DNA of 64,000 bases, taken from contig OZ242318.1 of NCBI GenBank assembly GCA_965208105.1, positions 4,096,001 to 4,160,000 on the forward strand. Reading direction: 5' to 3'. How positions within the stretch are numbered: the first letter of the stretch is position 1; every line of letters starts with the position of its first letter. Position numbers and translations under genes: made by a program. The notes beneath the pieces were generated by a model that did not search any database, had not been told where the DNA came from, and saw only the letters and a list, made by a program, of their open reading frames with translations. This document shows, piece after piece, positions 48,805-59,332 of this stretch. The DNA comes from Candidatus Latescibacterota bacterium (GTDB taxonomy: Bacteria > Latescibacterota > UBA2968 > UBA8231).

Positions 48805-49761
48805 ATGAAAATTTTTCTGGCCACGCCTGCCCCGGCCTACTCGCGCAAGGGCAACCGGGTGACGGCGCTGCGTTGGGCGCGCCTTCTGCGCAAGCTGGGA
48901 CACCGGGTGGTGGTCGCGCAGGAGTATGAAGAGCAGTCATGCGACCTGCTGGTCGCCCTGCACGCTCGCCGCAGCCGCCGTTCGATGCTGCGTTACAGGC
49001 GCCGCTATCCCGACCGGCCTCTGGTGCTGGCCCTGACAGGCACGGATCTCTACGGGGATATTCACAGCCATGCCGGGACGCGCCAGGCTCTGGAACTGCC
49101 CTCGCGCTTTATCGTGCTGCAGCCCGAGGGAATCGCCGAGCTGCCGCCGCATCTGCAGGGCAGGGCGCGCGTCATCTTTCAGTCGGTGAGACCGCCTCCG
49201 GGGGTCTTTCCACCAAGGGAGAATCAGTTCGAGGTCTGCGTGCTGGGACACCTGCGTCCGGTAAAGGACCCTTTTCGCACCGCCGGGGCAACTTGGTGAT
49301 TGCCCGGGTCTTCGCGCATCCGTGTGGTGCACGTGGGGGCCGCCCTCAATGCGGAAATGCGGGAACGCGCACTTGCCGAAACGGCTGCCAATCCGCGCTA
49401 CGTGTGGCTGGGAGAGCTGCCGCGCTGGCGCGCCCTGCGGCTGCTTGCGCGCAGCCGGCTGCTGGCGCTCACCTCGCGCCTGGAGGGTGGCGCCAACGCG
49501 GTTTCCGAGGCCCTGGCCTGCTCTGTCCCCGTGATATCTTCGCAAATCTCGGGGTCCATCGGGTTGCTGGGACCGGACTACCCTGGTTATTTTCCGGTGG
49601 GAGACACCCGGGCTCTGGCGGACCTGCTGGAGCGGGCGGAAACCCAGGTCGGGTTCTACGAAGACCTGAAATCGCGCTGCGCCAACTTGAGGTCCCTGGT
49701 GGACCCGTGCCGCGAGCGCCGGTCATGGCAGAGATTGCTGGCCGAACTGGCAGCGCAATGA
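48805..49761 (+). CDS. senB: Selenosugar synthase SenB (GT-B glycosyltransferase) with an in-frame TGA at codon 165
   Basis: TP....GNRVTA.RW, ALHARRS, LTGTDLY, GHLRPVKDP and EGGAN..SEA. The two ORF halves are in the same frame, separated only by TGA 49297-49299. Could be a pseudogene or recoded. Confidence 0.85.
49307..49341 (+). other. Candidate bacterial SECIS-like hairpin downstream of the senB UGA
   Basis: GGUCUUCGC/GUGGGGGCC lower stem (4 G-U pairs), AC bulge, GCAUC/GGUGC upper stem and CGUGU loop starting 21 nt after the UGA; folded by eye. Confidence 0.35.
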
Positions 49762-49798
49762 AGCGATAATTTCCAACCTCGAAAAGTGGAGAGTTTCC

Positions 49799-50503
49799 AT
49801 GGTTCCAGTGGCCGAAAAACGATTTGGGCACCCGAGTGACTGCCCGTTGTTCAGGGGAATAAGCCAGGAGGGGCTAGAGGAATTGGGACACATCGCCGCA
49901 CCGGTGAAGCTCGAGCCGCAGGAACGGCTGCTCACCGATCCTGAGCACTCGCGGGAGATCTGGATGATCAAGGAAGGACTGGTGAGCCTGATCTACGGCG
50001 ACGCCGAGGGCAGGGATGCGACGGTCATGCTGCTCGATGCCGGCGACCTGTTTGGCGCCATCGGGTGGCAGGAAAGGCTCGACTACAGTCAGAACGTGGT
50101 TGCCCTCAAGCCCACTGTCCTGTGGAGGATGATGCAGCAGCAGATGGAGAATCTTTTCAACAAATATCCCGTTCTGGGCTACCGGATAACCCAATTTTCC
50201 TGGCGTCGCATTGCGCGTCTCGAGCAGCGCCTGGCCGAACTGATGACAAAGTCGGTCAGGGTGCGTCTGGCCTCCCTGCTGCTCAATCTGGCGGCCGACT
50301 ACGGTGAGGACAAGGCCGAGGGGATACGATCGCTGGGTCTGACCGTTACCCATGACGACCTCTCCCGCCTTGTGGGGTCCAGCCGGGAAATGGTGAGCAA
50401 GATCGTCGGGCAGTTTCGCGACGCGGGCTGGATAAATTCTTCCAGGAAGAGAATAGAGTTGACTAACCGAAAGGTTCTCCAGGAGATTGCCGGAGGCCAT
50501 TGA
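49799..50503 (+). CDS. Crp/Fnr family transcriptional regulator
   Basis: cNMP-like domain (GDLFG), RLASLLL and HTH THDDLSRLVGSSREMVSK. Confidence 0.9.
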   Translation: MVPVAEKRFGHPSDCPLFRGISQEGLEELGHIAAPVKLEPQERLLTDPEHSREIWMIKEGLVSLIYGDAEGRDATVMLLDAGDLFGAIGWQERLDYSQNVVALKPTVLWRMMQQQMENLFNKYPVLGYRITQFSWRRIARLEQRLAELMTKSVRVRLASLLLNLAADYGEDKAEGIRSLGLTVTHDDLSRLVGSSREMVSKIVGQFRDAGWINSSRKRIELTNRKVLQEIAGGH

Positions 50504-50516
50504 CAATACCTGGCGG

Positions 50517-50553
50517 GGCCGGATTCGAAAGCTCGAATCCGGCCTTTGTTTTT
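50517..50553 (+). terminator. Rho-independent terminator
   Basis: Perfect 12-bp stem GGCCGGATTCGA-AAGC-TCGAATCCGGCC followed by TTTGTTTTT. Confidence 0.85.
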
Positions 50554-50581
50554 GCGGGTATTGCATCCCCCTGGAAAGAGC

Positions 50582-51319
50582 ATGTTGGAACTGAGCGGGG
50601 TCTGCAAGTCATTCGGCAGCGTCCTGGCGGTGAAGCCCATGGATCTGAAGATCCGCTCGGGCGCAACTACCGTCCTGATCGGACCGAGCGGCTGCGGCAA
50701 ATCCACCTTGTTGCGGCTGATGATCCACCTGATACGTCCGGACGCAGGATCGGTTCGCTTCGAAGGAACCGAGTTTTCGGCCGAGGCCGCGCTCGTTCTG
50801 CGCCAGCGCATGGGATACGTGATCCAGGATGGCGGGCTGTTCCCCCATCTCACGGCGAGGGGGAATATCACTTTGATGGCGCGTTACCTGGGATGGAGCA
50901 CGGGGCGCGTAGAGGGACGGCTGGACGAGCTGAGCGCATTGACCCGGTTCCCTTCCGAGGGGCTCGATCGCTATCCGGTGCAACTCTCCGGAGGGCAGCG
51001 ACAGCGCGTGAGCCTGATGCGCGCCTTGATGCTGGACCCCGATGTCCTTCTTCTGGACGAGCCTCTGGCTGCCCTGGACCCCATGGTCCGCTTCGACCTG
51101 CAGAGAGATCTCAAGCAGGTTTTTCAAGCCCTGGGGAAGACGGTTGTCCTGGTGACCCACGATCTGGCCGAGGCCGGGTATTTGGGAGACGTGCTCGTGC
51201 TTCTGCGCGCAGGGAGCATCGTGCAGCAGGGATGTCTGGAAGAGTTGGTCCGCGCCCCCGCCGATCCATTCGTGACCCGATTCATCAACGCCCAGCGCAC
51301 CCCCCTGCAGACTCTTTGA
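50582..51319 (+). CDS. ABC transporter ATP-binding protein (osmoprotectant/OpuA-EgtV type)
   Basis: GPSGCGKS, GYVIQ..GLFPH, LSGGQ, LLDEP and VTHD. Confidence 0.93.
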   Translation: MLELSGVCKSFGSVLAVKPMDLKIRSGATTVLIGPSGCGKSTLLRLMIHLIRPDAGSVRFEGTEFSAEAALVLRQRMGYVIQDGGLFPHLTARGNITLMARYLGWSTGRVEGRLDELSALTRFPSEGLDRYPVQLSGGQRQRVSLMRALMLDPDVLLLDEPLAALDPMVRFDLQRDLKQVFQALGKTVVLVTHDLAEAGYLGDVLVLLRAGSIVQQGCLEELVRAPADPFVTRFINAQRTPLQTL

Positions 51320-51329
51320 GAAGATCCCC

Positions 51330-52844
51330 ATGAAATTGAAGCGTTGCTCCGTTGCCCCTGTGCTGATGGCAGCCTGGTGGTCTGCGATGCCGGCCGCCGC
51401 GGCGGCGCCCGAGGTAAGGATCGGGTCCAAGAGTTTCACCGAGTCGGTGATTCTGGGTGAAATAGTTGGCCATCTCGTCGAATCCGCAGGAGGCCGGCCG
51501 CTGCACAAGCGCGAACTCGGAGGGACGAGAGTTTTGTGGAATGCCCTCCGGCGCGGAGACATCGACGTTTACCCCGAGTACAGCGGAACCATCAGCCAGG
51601 AGATCTTTGCGGGCAGGGGGCTCCACGGCGATGATGCCGTGCGCAATGCGCTTGCGGCCATGAGCATCCAGGTCAGCCGTCCCTTCGGCTTCAACAACAC
51701 CTACGCCATCGGGATGAGAGCGGACGTGGCAGACCGCCTGGGCATCGGCAAAATTTCGGACCTGATCCGCCATCCCGACCTCGAGTTCGGATTCAGTAAC
51801 GAGTTCATGGATCGAGGCGACGGTTGGCCTAGCCTGCGGCAGCTCTACGGGCTTCCCCAGCTCGAGGTGCATGGTCTGGACCACGATCTGGCCTACCGCG
51901 GTCTGGAAAGCGGTTCGATCCACGTTACCGACCTCTACTCCACCGACGCCGAAATTCGCTACTACGATTTGCGCGTCCTGGAGGACGACCGCGGTCACTT
52001 TCCCGCTTACAACGGAGTGCTCCTCTATCGAACCGATTTGCAGGAGCGCGCTCCGGAAGTGGTGGATGCTTTGTTGAAAATGGAAGGTCGGATTTCGGCT
52101 GCCGCCATGGTGGAGATGAATGCGCGGGCGAAATTGGAGAAGGTGCCGGAGAACCGGGTGGCAGCCGATTTCGCGACTTCAAATCTGGCAGTGAAGGCCA
52201 GGGTCCGAGACGAGGGAACGGCGATGCGCCTGCTGCGTTGGACCGGGGAGCACCTGCTTCTGGTGTGCATCTCACTGAGTGGCGCGGTCGCCGTTGCCGT
52301 CCCATTGGGCATCATGGCGGCGCGCTGGACCCGGGGCGGCCAGCTGATCCTGGGCTGCGTCGGGGTCATGCAGACGATTCCGGCGCTGGCGCTGCTCGTC
52401 CTCATGATTCCTCTGCTGGGCATCGGAGGTCCTCCCGCCCTGGCGGCGCTTTTCCTCTACAGCCTGTTGCCCATCGTGCGCAACACCTGTGCGGGGTTGC
52501 AGGACATCCCGGTGCAGATCCGGGAGTCGGCCGCTGCTCTGGGGTTGCCCTCGAAGACGCGCCTGCGGCTGGTGGAGTTGCCCCTGGCTTCGCGCTCCAT
52601 CGTGGCGGGGATCAAGACCGCGGCGGTGATCAACGTGGGCTTCGCCACTTTGGGAGCCCTGATAGGGGCCGGAGGCCTGGGACAGCCGATTCTCACCGGT
52701 ATCAGGCTTGACGACGTCGGATTGATCCTGCAGGGGGCGGTTCCCGCGGCTTTGCTTGCCCTCGCCGTGCAGGGATTGTTTGAATGGGTGGAGAAGTTTC
52801 TGGTGCCGAAGGGACTTCGCCTGAAGGGGGAGGTTGACTCGTGA
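51330..52844 (+). CDS. Fused substrate-binding protein and permease, OsmF/OpuBD/EgtU family
   Basis: Signal peptide, IGSKSFTE, YPEYSGT, FNNTYA, YSTD and FPAY, then QTIPALAL, ESAAALG (EAA motif) and GAGGLG. Confidence 0.9.
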   Translation: MKLKRCSVAPVLMAAWWSAMPAAAAAPEVRIGSKSFTESVILGEIVGHLVESAGGRPLHKRELGGTRVLWNALRRGDIDVYPEYSGTISQEIFAGRGLHGDDAVRNALAAMSIQVSRPFGFNNTYAIGMRADVADRLGIGKISDLIRHPDLEFGFSNEFMDRGDGWPSLRQLYGLPQLEVHGLDHDLAYRGLESGSIHVTDLYSTDAEIRYYDLRVLEDDRGHFPAYNGVLLYRTDLQERAPEVVDALLKMEGRISAAAMVEMNARAKLEKVPENRVAADFATSNLAVKARVRDEGTAMRLLRWTGEHLLLVCISLSGAVAVAVPLGIMAARWTRGGQLILGCVGVMQTIPALALLVLMIPLLGIGGPPALAALFLYSLLPIVRNTCAGLQDIPVQIRESAAALGLPSKTRLRLVELPLASRSIVAGIKTAAVINVGFATLGALIGAGGLGQPILTGIRLDDVGLILQGAVPAALLALAVQGLFEWVEKFLVPKGLRLKGEVDS

Positions 52845-53005
52845 ACCCTGCGAATGGGGTTCGGCGGGCACCCCCCGGCGGCCGTTCCCCGGGCAGTAGG
52901 GAAGAAACGGGGGCAGGCCGCTGCAAAGGGCCATGGTGGGGTTTACGCCCTTTTCTCCGTCTTGACAAAGATGCTCCGGCGCCTAGCTTCATTGTTCCCG
53001 GGTCG

Positions 53006-53467
53006 ATGCGAAGGATGGCCGCGATTCTATTGGGCCCCTGGGTTTGCGCAGCAGGGTGCGGGCTGGCGGATGGGGCGAAGGGTTCGGGAGAGGTGGAACG
53101 GCGAACCGAGGTGGTCGTCGAAGCTGGAGAGGGGTTGGGGGAGGCGGTGCGCGTAGACAGTGCGTTCTGGCAGCCGGGCCTCTTCGCGGTGGGGTCCGGG
53201 GACAGGCTGGAAGTTGACGGCAGGTTTCGAATAATCTTCCGCAACCTCACCGACCTTGAACTGGAAGTGCGCTACGATTTGCGCTTTCTCGACCGCGATG
53301 AATTTCTGATCGATCTGTTTATCCCATTTGGACAGCCCCTGGTGCTTGGGGCAGGTGCGGAGCGCGAGGTGGAAGGCACCTTCTCGATCCGCATCCGGGA
53401 AGAACGCGAAATTGATTTGATTGCCATCATGCGCATCGTTGCCAAGGTGGCAAAAAGAGAAAAGTAA
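53006..53467 (+). CDS. Putative lipoprotein
   Basis: Basic N-terminus, hydrophobic core and lipobox-like AAGC; TTGACA-N16-TAGCTT at 52962-52989 favours this start over 52841. Confidence 0.55.
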   Translation: MRRMAAILLGPWVCAAGCGLADGAKGSGEVERRTEVVVEAGEGLGEAVRVDSAFWQPGLFAVGSGDRLEVDGRFRIIFRNLTDLELEVRYDLRFLDRDEFLIDLFIPFGQPLVLGAGAEREVEGTFSIRIREEREIDLIAIMRIVAKVAKREK

Positions 53468-53502
53468 GAAACCACTCGGAAATTGGTTCCTTCCTTCTAA
53501 GC

Positions 53503-53579
53503 GTGCCCATAGCTCAGTTGGATAGAGCATCTGCCTTCTAAGCAGGCGGTCGCAGGTTCGAGTCCTGCTGGGCACGCCA
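53503..53579 (+). tRNA. tRNA-Arg (anticodon TCT)
   Basis: Acceptor stem GTGCCCA/TGGGCAC, D-arm AGCTCAGTTGGATAGAGC, anticodon loop CTTCTAA, GGTTCGAGTCC and encoded CCA. Confidence 0.97.
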
Positions 53580-53695
53580 GCTATCCAAGCCTGAAAATCT
53601 GCGAATGATTTTCGGGCATTTTTTTGCCGTTCCCGATGTCATGGTCTCCACAGTCAAGGAGCCTGGAACTGCCAAAAGTGTGCTAATGAACGAGC

Positions 53696-53720
53696 AAAAG
53701 GTGCCATTATGGCACTTTTT
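53696..53720. promoter_or_regulatory. Palindromic upstream activator sequence (bEBP enhancer candidate)
   Basis: AAAAG-GTGCCAT-T-ATGGCAC-TTTTT, about 40 nt upstream of a -24/-12 promoter. Confidence 0.6.
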
Positions 53721-53757
53721 GACAGGAGGAGAGGGTCTCAAGTGCTCAGGCCATGCA

Positions 53758-53773
53758 TGGCACAGAAATTGCG
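53758..53773 (+). promoter_or_regulatory. Sigma54 (-24/-12) promoter upstream of lon
   Basis: TGGCAC-AGAAA-TTGC matches the TGGCAC-N5-TTGC consensus. Confidence 0.75.
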
Positions 53774-53883
53774 ATATGACTTTGCAAATATTTAAATCTT
53801 TTTGCTGCCTGGTTTCCCAATGGTCGAATAGCCTGACGGATCGCAGTTTACCGGCTCCTGCCGCAGCCAATACAGGGATAGTC

Positions 53884-56238
<2,355 letters not shown>

Positions 56239-56257
56239 CCGGAATGGGACGGATCTC

Positions 56258-57631
56258 TTGAATTCCACCATTACCCAGCAGGCCCGGGTCCTGGTTGTCT
56301 TGCCGGAATCTCCAGGGACCAAGGAACTGGTGACTTATCTGGAGCGCCGTGACTTCGAGGTGATGTGGGCGAGGGAGGGACAGAGCGCTTACGATATTCT
56401 CGACTCCGAGCCGGTGGACGCCCTGGTCTGCAGCCTCAGGGATGCGCGCATCGACGGGTTGCGCCTCCTGAGCCTGGCCCGCCAGCGCCGTGCCGAGATT
56501 TGCGCCATTTTAATCGCCGCGCCGGAGGAAATCGAATTGGGAACCGAAGCCATGCGCCAGGGCGCCTACGACTTTCAGTTGCACCCTCCGAACCTGGCCA
56601 AGATAAACGCCGTCCTCCAGCGCGGCCTCTCCTTCCAGCGTCTTGTTGGCGAGGTTTCCGACCTGCAGCGCCGCCTGGACGAGCGCTACCGCCTTGGGAG
56701 GATCGTGCGGCGCTCGTCTCTCTGGCAACGAATATGCAGCCAGGTCGAACAGGTCGCCCGGTCCAAGGCCAGCATCCTGATCGTCGGAGAAACCGGAACG
56801 GGCAAGGGGGAGGTGGCCAAGACCATACACCAGCAGAGTCGGCGCAGCGGACATCCCTTTGTAGAGATCAATTGCGGGGCCTTGCCCGAGGGTATCGTCG
56901 AGAGCGAGTTCTTCGGCCATGAGAAAGGGGCTTTCACCGGCGCGGCCACCGCGCGCAAGGGACGCTTCGAGCTGGCCGATGGGGGGACTCTCTTCCTCGA
57001 CGAAGTGGGAGACATCCCGCCGGCGACCCAGGTAAAACTGCTGCGCGTCATCCAGGATGGGGTGTTCGAGAGGGTAGGAGGATCCCGGACCCGCAAGGTG
57101 GACGTGCGCATCATCGCAGCAACCAACCGCAACCTGGGTGCAATGGTGGAACAGGGCACCTACAGGGCGGACCTGTTCTATCGGTTGCACGTGATTACCG
57201 TTGAGGTGCCTCCCCTGCGCGAATGCCGGGAAGATATTCCCCTGCTGATCGATGAGTTCATCCGCCAGTTCGCCGCCGAGAACAACAGGGATGTGGAGGG
57301 CATCAGGCCCGCGGCGGTCGATTTGCTGGCTGCCTACGACTGGCCCGGCAATGTGCGCGAACTCAAGAATTGCATCGAGGGGATGGTTGTAATGAGCCCC
57401 CGCTCCGGCCCCCTCGAGGTCACCGACATTCCACGTCACATCAGCGGCAAAGACCGCCAGTTCTCCGGTCTGCACCTGCGCGTCGGCATGTCCCTGGAGG
57501 AACTGGAGAAAGTCGCCATCGCGGAGACCTTGAAGGCGGTGAACTACGATCGCCGGCGCGCGGCGGAGATACTCAAAATCGGTCTCAGCACATTGTATCG
57601 CAAGGAAAGGGAGTACGGATTGAAAGGCTGA
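56258..57631 (+). CDS. Sigma54-dependent enhancer-binding protein (NtrC-like) with degenerate receiver domain
   Basis: [34 protein letters not shown] and Fis-type HTH; TTG start inferred. Confidence 0.9.
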   Translation: MNSTITQQARVLVVLPESPGTKELVTYLERRDFEVMWAREGQSAYDILDSEPVDALVCSLRDARIDGLRLLSLARQRRAEICAILIAAPEEIELGTEAMRQGAYDFQLHPPNLAKINAVLQRGLSFQRLVGEVSDLQRRLDERYRLGRIVRRSSLWQRICSQVEQVARSKASILIVGETGTGKGEVAKTIHQQSRRSGHPFVEINCGALPEGIVESEFFGHEKGAFTGAATARKGRFELADGGTLFLDEVGDIPPATQVKLLRVIQDGVFERVGGSRTRKVDVRIIAATNRNLGAMVEQGTYRADLFYRLHVITVEVPPLRECREDIPLLIDEFIRQFAAENNRDVEGIRPAAVDLLAAYDWPGNVRELKNCIEGMVVMSPRSGPLEVTDIPRHISGKDRQFSGLHLRVGMSLEELEKVAIAETLKAVNYDRRRAAEILKIGLSTLYRKEREYGLKG

Positions 57632-57656
57632 GGGCGAGGAACCCGGAAGGTGGTCT

Positions 57657-59168
57657 TCAGGCCTGGTGGCTGTAGAAGTCCTTGATCAAGGCGTTCAGGG
57701 CCTCGTGAGGGTCGCCGAGAATGGCGGGGGTGATCTCGAATTCCCGCTGTTCGAGCAGTTTCAATCCGTGGCCGTAGTCGGCGAATAGTTCGGCGCAGAA
57801 CTCCTGGAGAGGCCGGCCTCGCTCGCGGGCGAGCCTTTTCACCATGGCCTCGGCCTCCGCCCCGAATTTCAGCCTGATGGCGTTGCTGGAGAAGAAGGTG
57901 TCGATGAAGGACTGCAGGGATTGATCCTCGAGGAGTTTTTGCAGCCCTGGCTGAGGATCCTCGACAAGGTCGGTAGTCACTGTAAACCGTTCAATCCCGG
58001 TGGAAGGGAGCTTCTTTTCAAAGTTGAGCAGAACCTTTTCTATGGCGCTCACCAGTCCCCGGGCGCCGATTTGTTCGCTGTGGGCGCGACGGGCAAGTAG
58101 CCGCAGGGCGCCGTCCTCGAACTCGACCTCGATGCCATAGGCTCGGAAGTCGCGCTTCTTGGCGAGTATCACGCTGCTTTTCGGGTTGCGCAGGATGCGA
58201 TAGAGATCCTCGCATTCGAGCTGGTCCAACACGGCTATGACCGGCAGCCGGCCGGTGAACTCCGATTCGAAACCGTAAGCAATCAGATCCTCCGCGCGCA
58301 CCTGCCGGAAGAGGGCCTCGGCCTTGTCGCTTTCCCTTCTGTCGGATGCGGTCAGACGGAATCCCATGGTGCCCTTGTTGAGACGCCTGGAGATGATTTC
58401 GTCGAGGCCGGCAAATGCACCGCTGACGATGAAGAGGATGTGGCGCGTGTTGATCTTTTTCCTTTCGAGCTTGCCGGTCTGCTGCATCTGGATGACCGAT
58501 TCCATCTGTGAGGCGATGTCGTGCGGCGCCTTGAGATCGACCTCGGTTTCCTCCATGAGCTTGAGCAGGTTGCGCTGGACACCGGAGCGCGACACGTCCG
58601 GGCCAATGCTGCTTTGGGAAGAGGCGATTTTGTCTATTTCGTCGATATAGATGATGCCGTACTGGGCCTTTTCGATGTCGCCGCCCGCCTCGCGCACCAG
58701 CTCGCGGACCATGTCTTCCACGTCGCCTCCGACGTAGCCGGTCTCACTGAATTTCGTGGCGTCTCCCTTGACGAAAGGCACGCCGAGCTTGCGTGCGATC
58801 AGTTTGATGAGGTAGGTCTTGCCCACGCCTGTGGGACCAATCATCAGGACGTTGTTCTTGATATTCCCCAGGAGATCCTCTTCCGGATCAGGAGGCAGGT
58901 TCAGCCGGTTGAAGTGGGTGCAGATCTTGGTGGCGAGTATGGCCTTGGCTTCGCGCTGCTGAATAACGTACTGGTCGAGATAGGCCTCGAGTTCCTCGGG
59001 TTTGAGATTGAAATTGAACTCTTCTTTGGTCTCCTGGGTTTGCTCTCCCGATCCCGGTCCCGCTGCTTCGGGCTGGGCCGCCGCCTCCGCTTGCTGCTGC
59101 TGTTGCTGGGCGAGAAGTCGACGCAACTGATCGGGGTCCAGCCCCATCTTTTCGGCCCGAGTATCCAT
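57657..59168 (-). CDS. ClpX-like AAA+ ATPase lacking the N-terminal zinc-binding domain
   Basis: LDQYVI.Q, GPTGVGKT, DATKFSETGYVG.DVE, IDEIDKI, DVS..GVQ..LLK, MGF loop and GARGL. Confidence 0.85.
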   Translation of the reverse strand: MDTRAEKMGLDPDQLRRLLAQQQQQQAEAAAQPEAAGPGSGEQTQETKEEFNFNLKPEELEAYLDQYVIQQREAKAILATKICTHFNRLNLPPDPEEDLLGNIKNNVLMIGPTGVGKTYLIKLIARKLGVPFVKGDATKFSETGYVGGDVEDMVRELVREAGGDIEKAQYGIIYIDEIDKIASSQSSIGPDVSRSGVQRNLLKLMEETEVDLKAPHDIASQMESVIQMQQTGKLERKKINTRHILFIVSGAFAGLDEIISRRLNKGTMGFRLTASDRRESDKAEALFRQVRAEDLIAYGFESEFTGRLPVIAVLDQLECEDLYRILRNPKSSVILAKKRDFRAYGIEVEFEDGALRLLARRAHSEQIGARGLVSAIEKVLLNFEKKLPSTGIERFTVTTDLVEDPQPGLQKLLEDQSLQSFIDTFFSSNAIRLKFGAEAEAMVKRLARERGRPLQEFCAELFADYGHGLKLLEQREFEITPAILGDPHEALNALIKDFYSHQA

Positions 59169-59259
59169 GGCAAGGCTCTGATCGAGGAAGGTTCGAAGCA
59201 AGACAACAGGTAGTGTATATTGGGAATATACTGGTGATACCAGCCATTCACAAGCCTGC

Positions 59260-59288
59260 TTGACAGCGCCGATCGGGCCTTCTACATT
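59260..59288 (+). promoter_or_regulatory. Putative sigma70 promoter
   Basis: TTGACA, 17-nt spacer, TACATT, ending 44 nt upstream of the 59333 start. Confidence 0.65.
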
Positions 59289-59332
59289 TGCTCAATTGGG
59301 GAGGCTTGTAGCTCGCAGGACTCGATCATCCC

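Noticed and set aside
49300-49761. Independent downstream glycosyltransferase gene starting at TTG 49300
   Set aside because: No RBS, same frame as the upstream half, and the break falls just after the GHLRPVKDP motif within the second GT-B domain; better treated as one interrupted senB.
53503-53700. tRNA-Arg as an island integration site
   Set aside because: No integrase, no duplicated tRNA 3' end seen, and housekeeping-type genes follow.
53660-53750. CIRCE/HrcA operator upstream of lon
   Set aside because: Half-site-like words (GTGTGCTAA, AAGTGCTCA) lack a partner at the 9-nt spacing; the sigma54 reading fits better.
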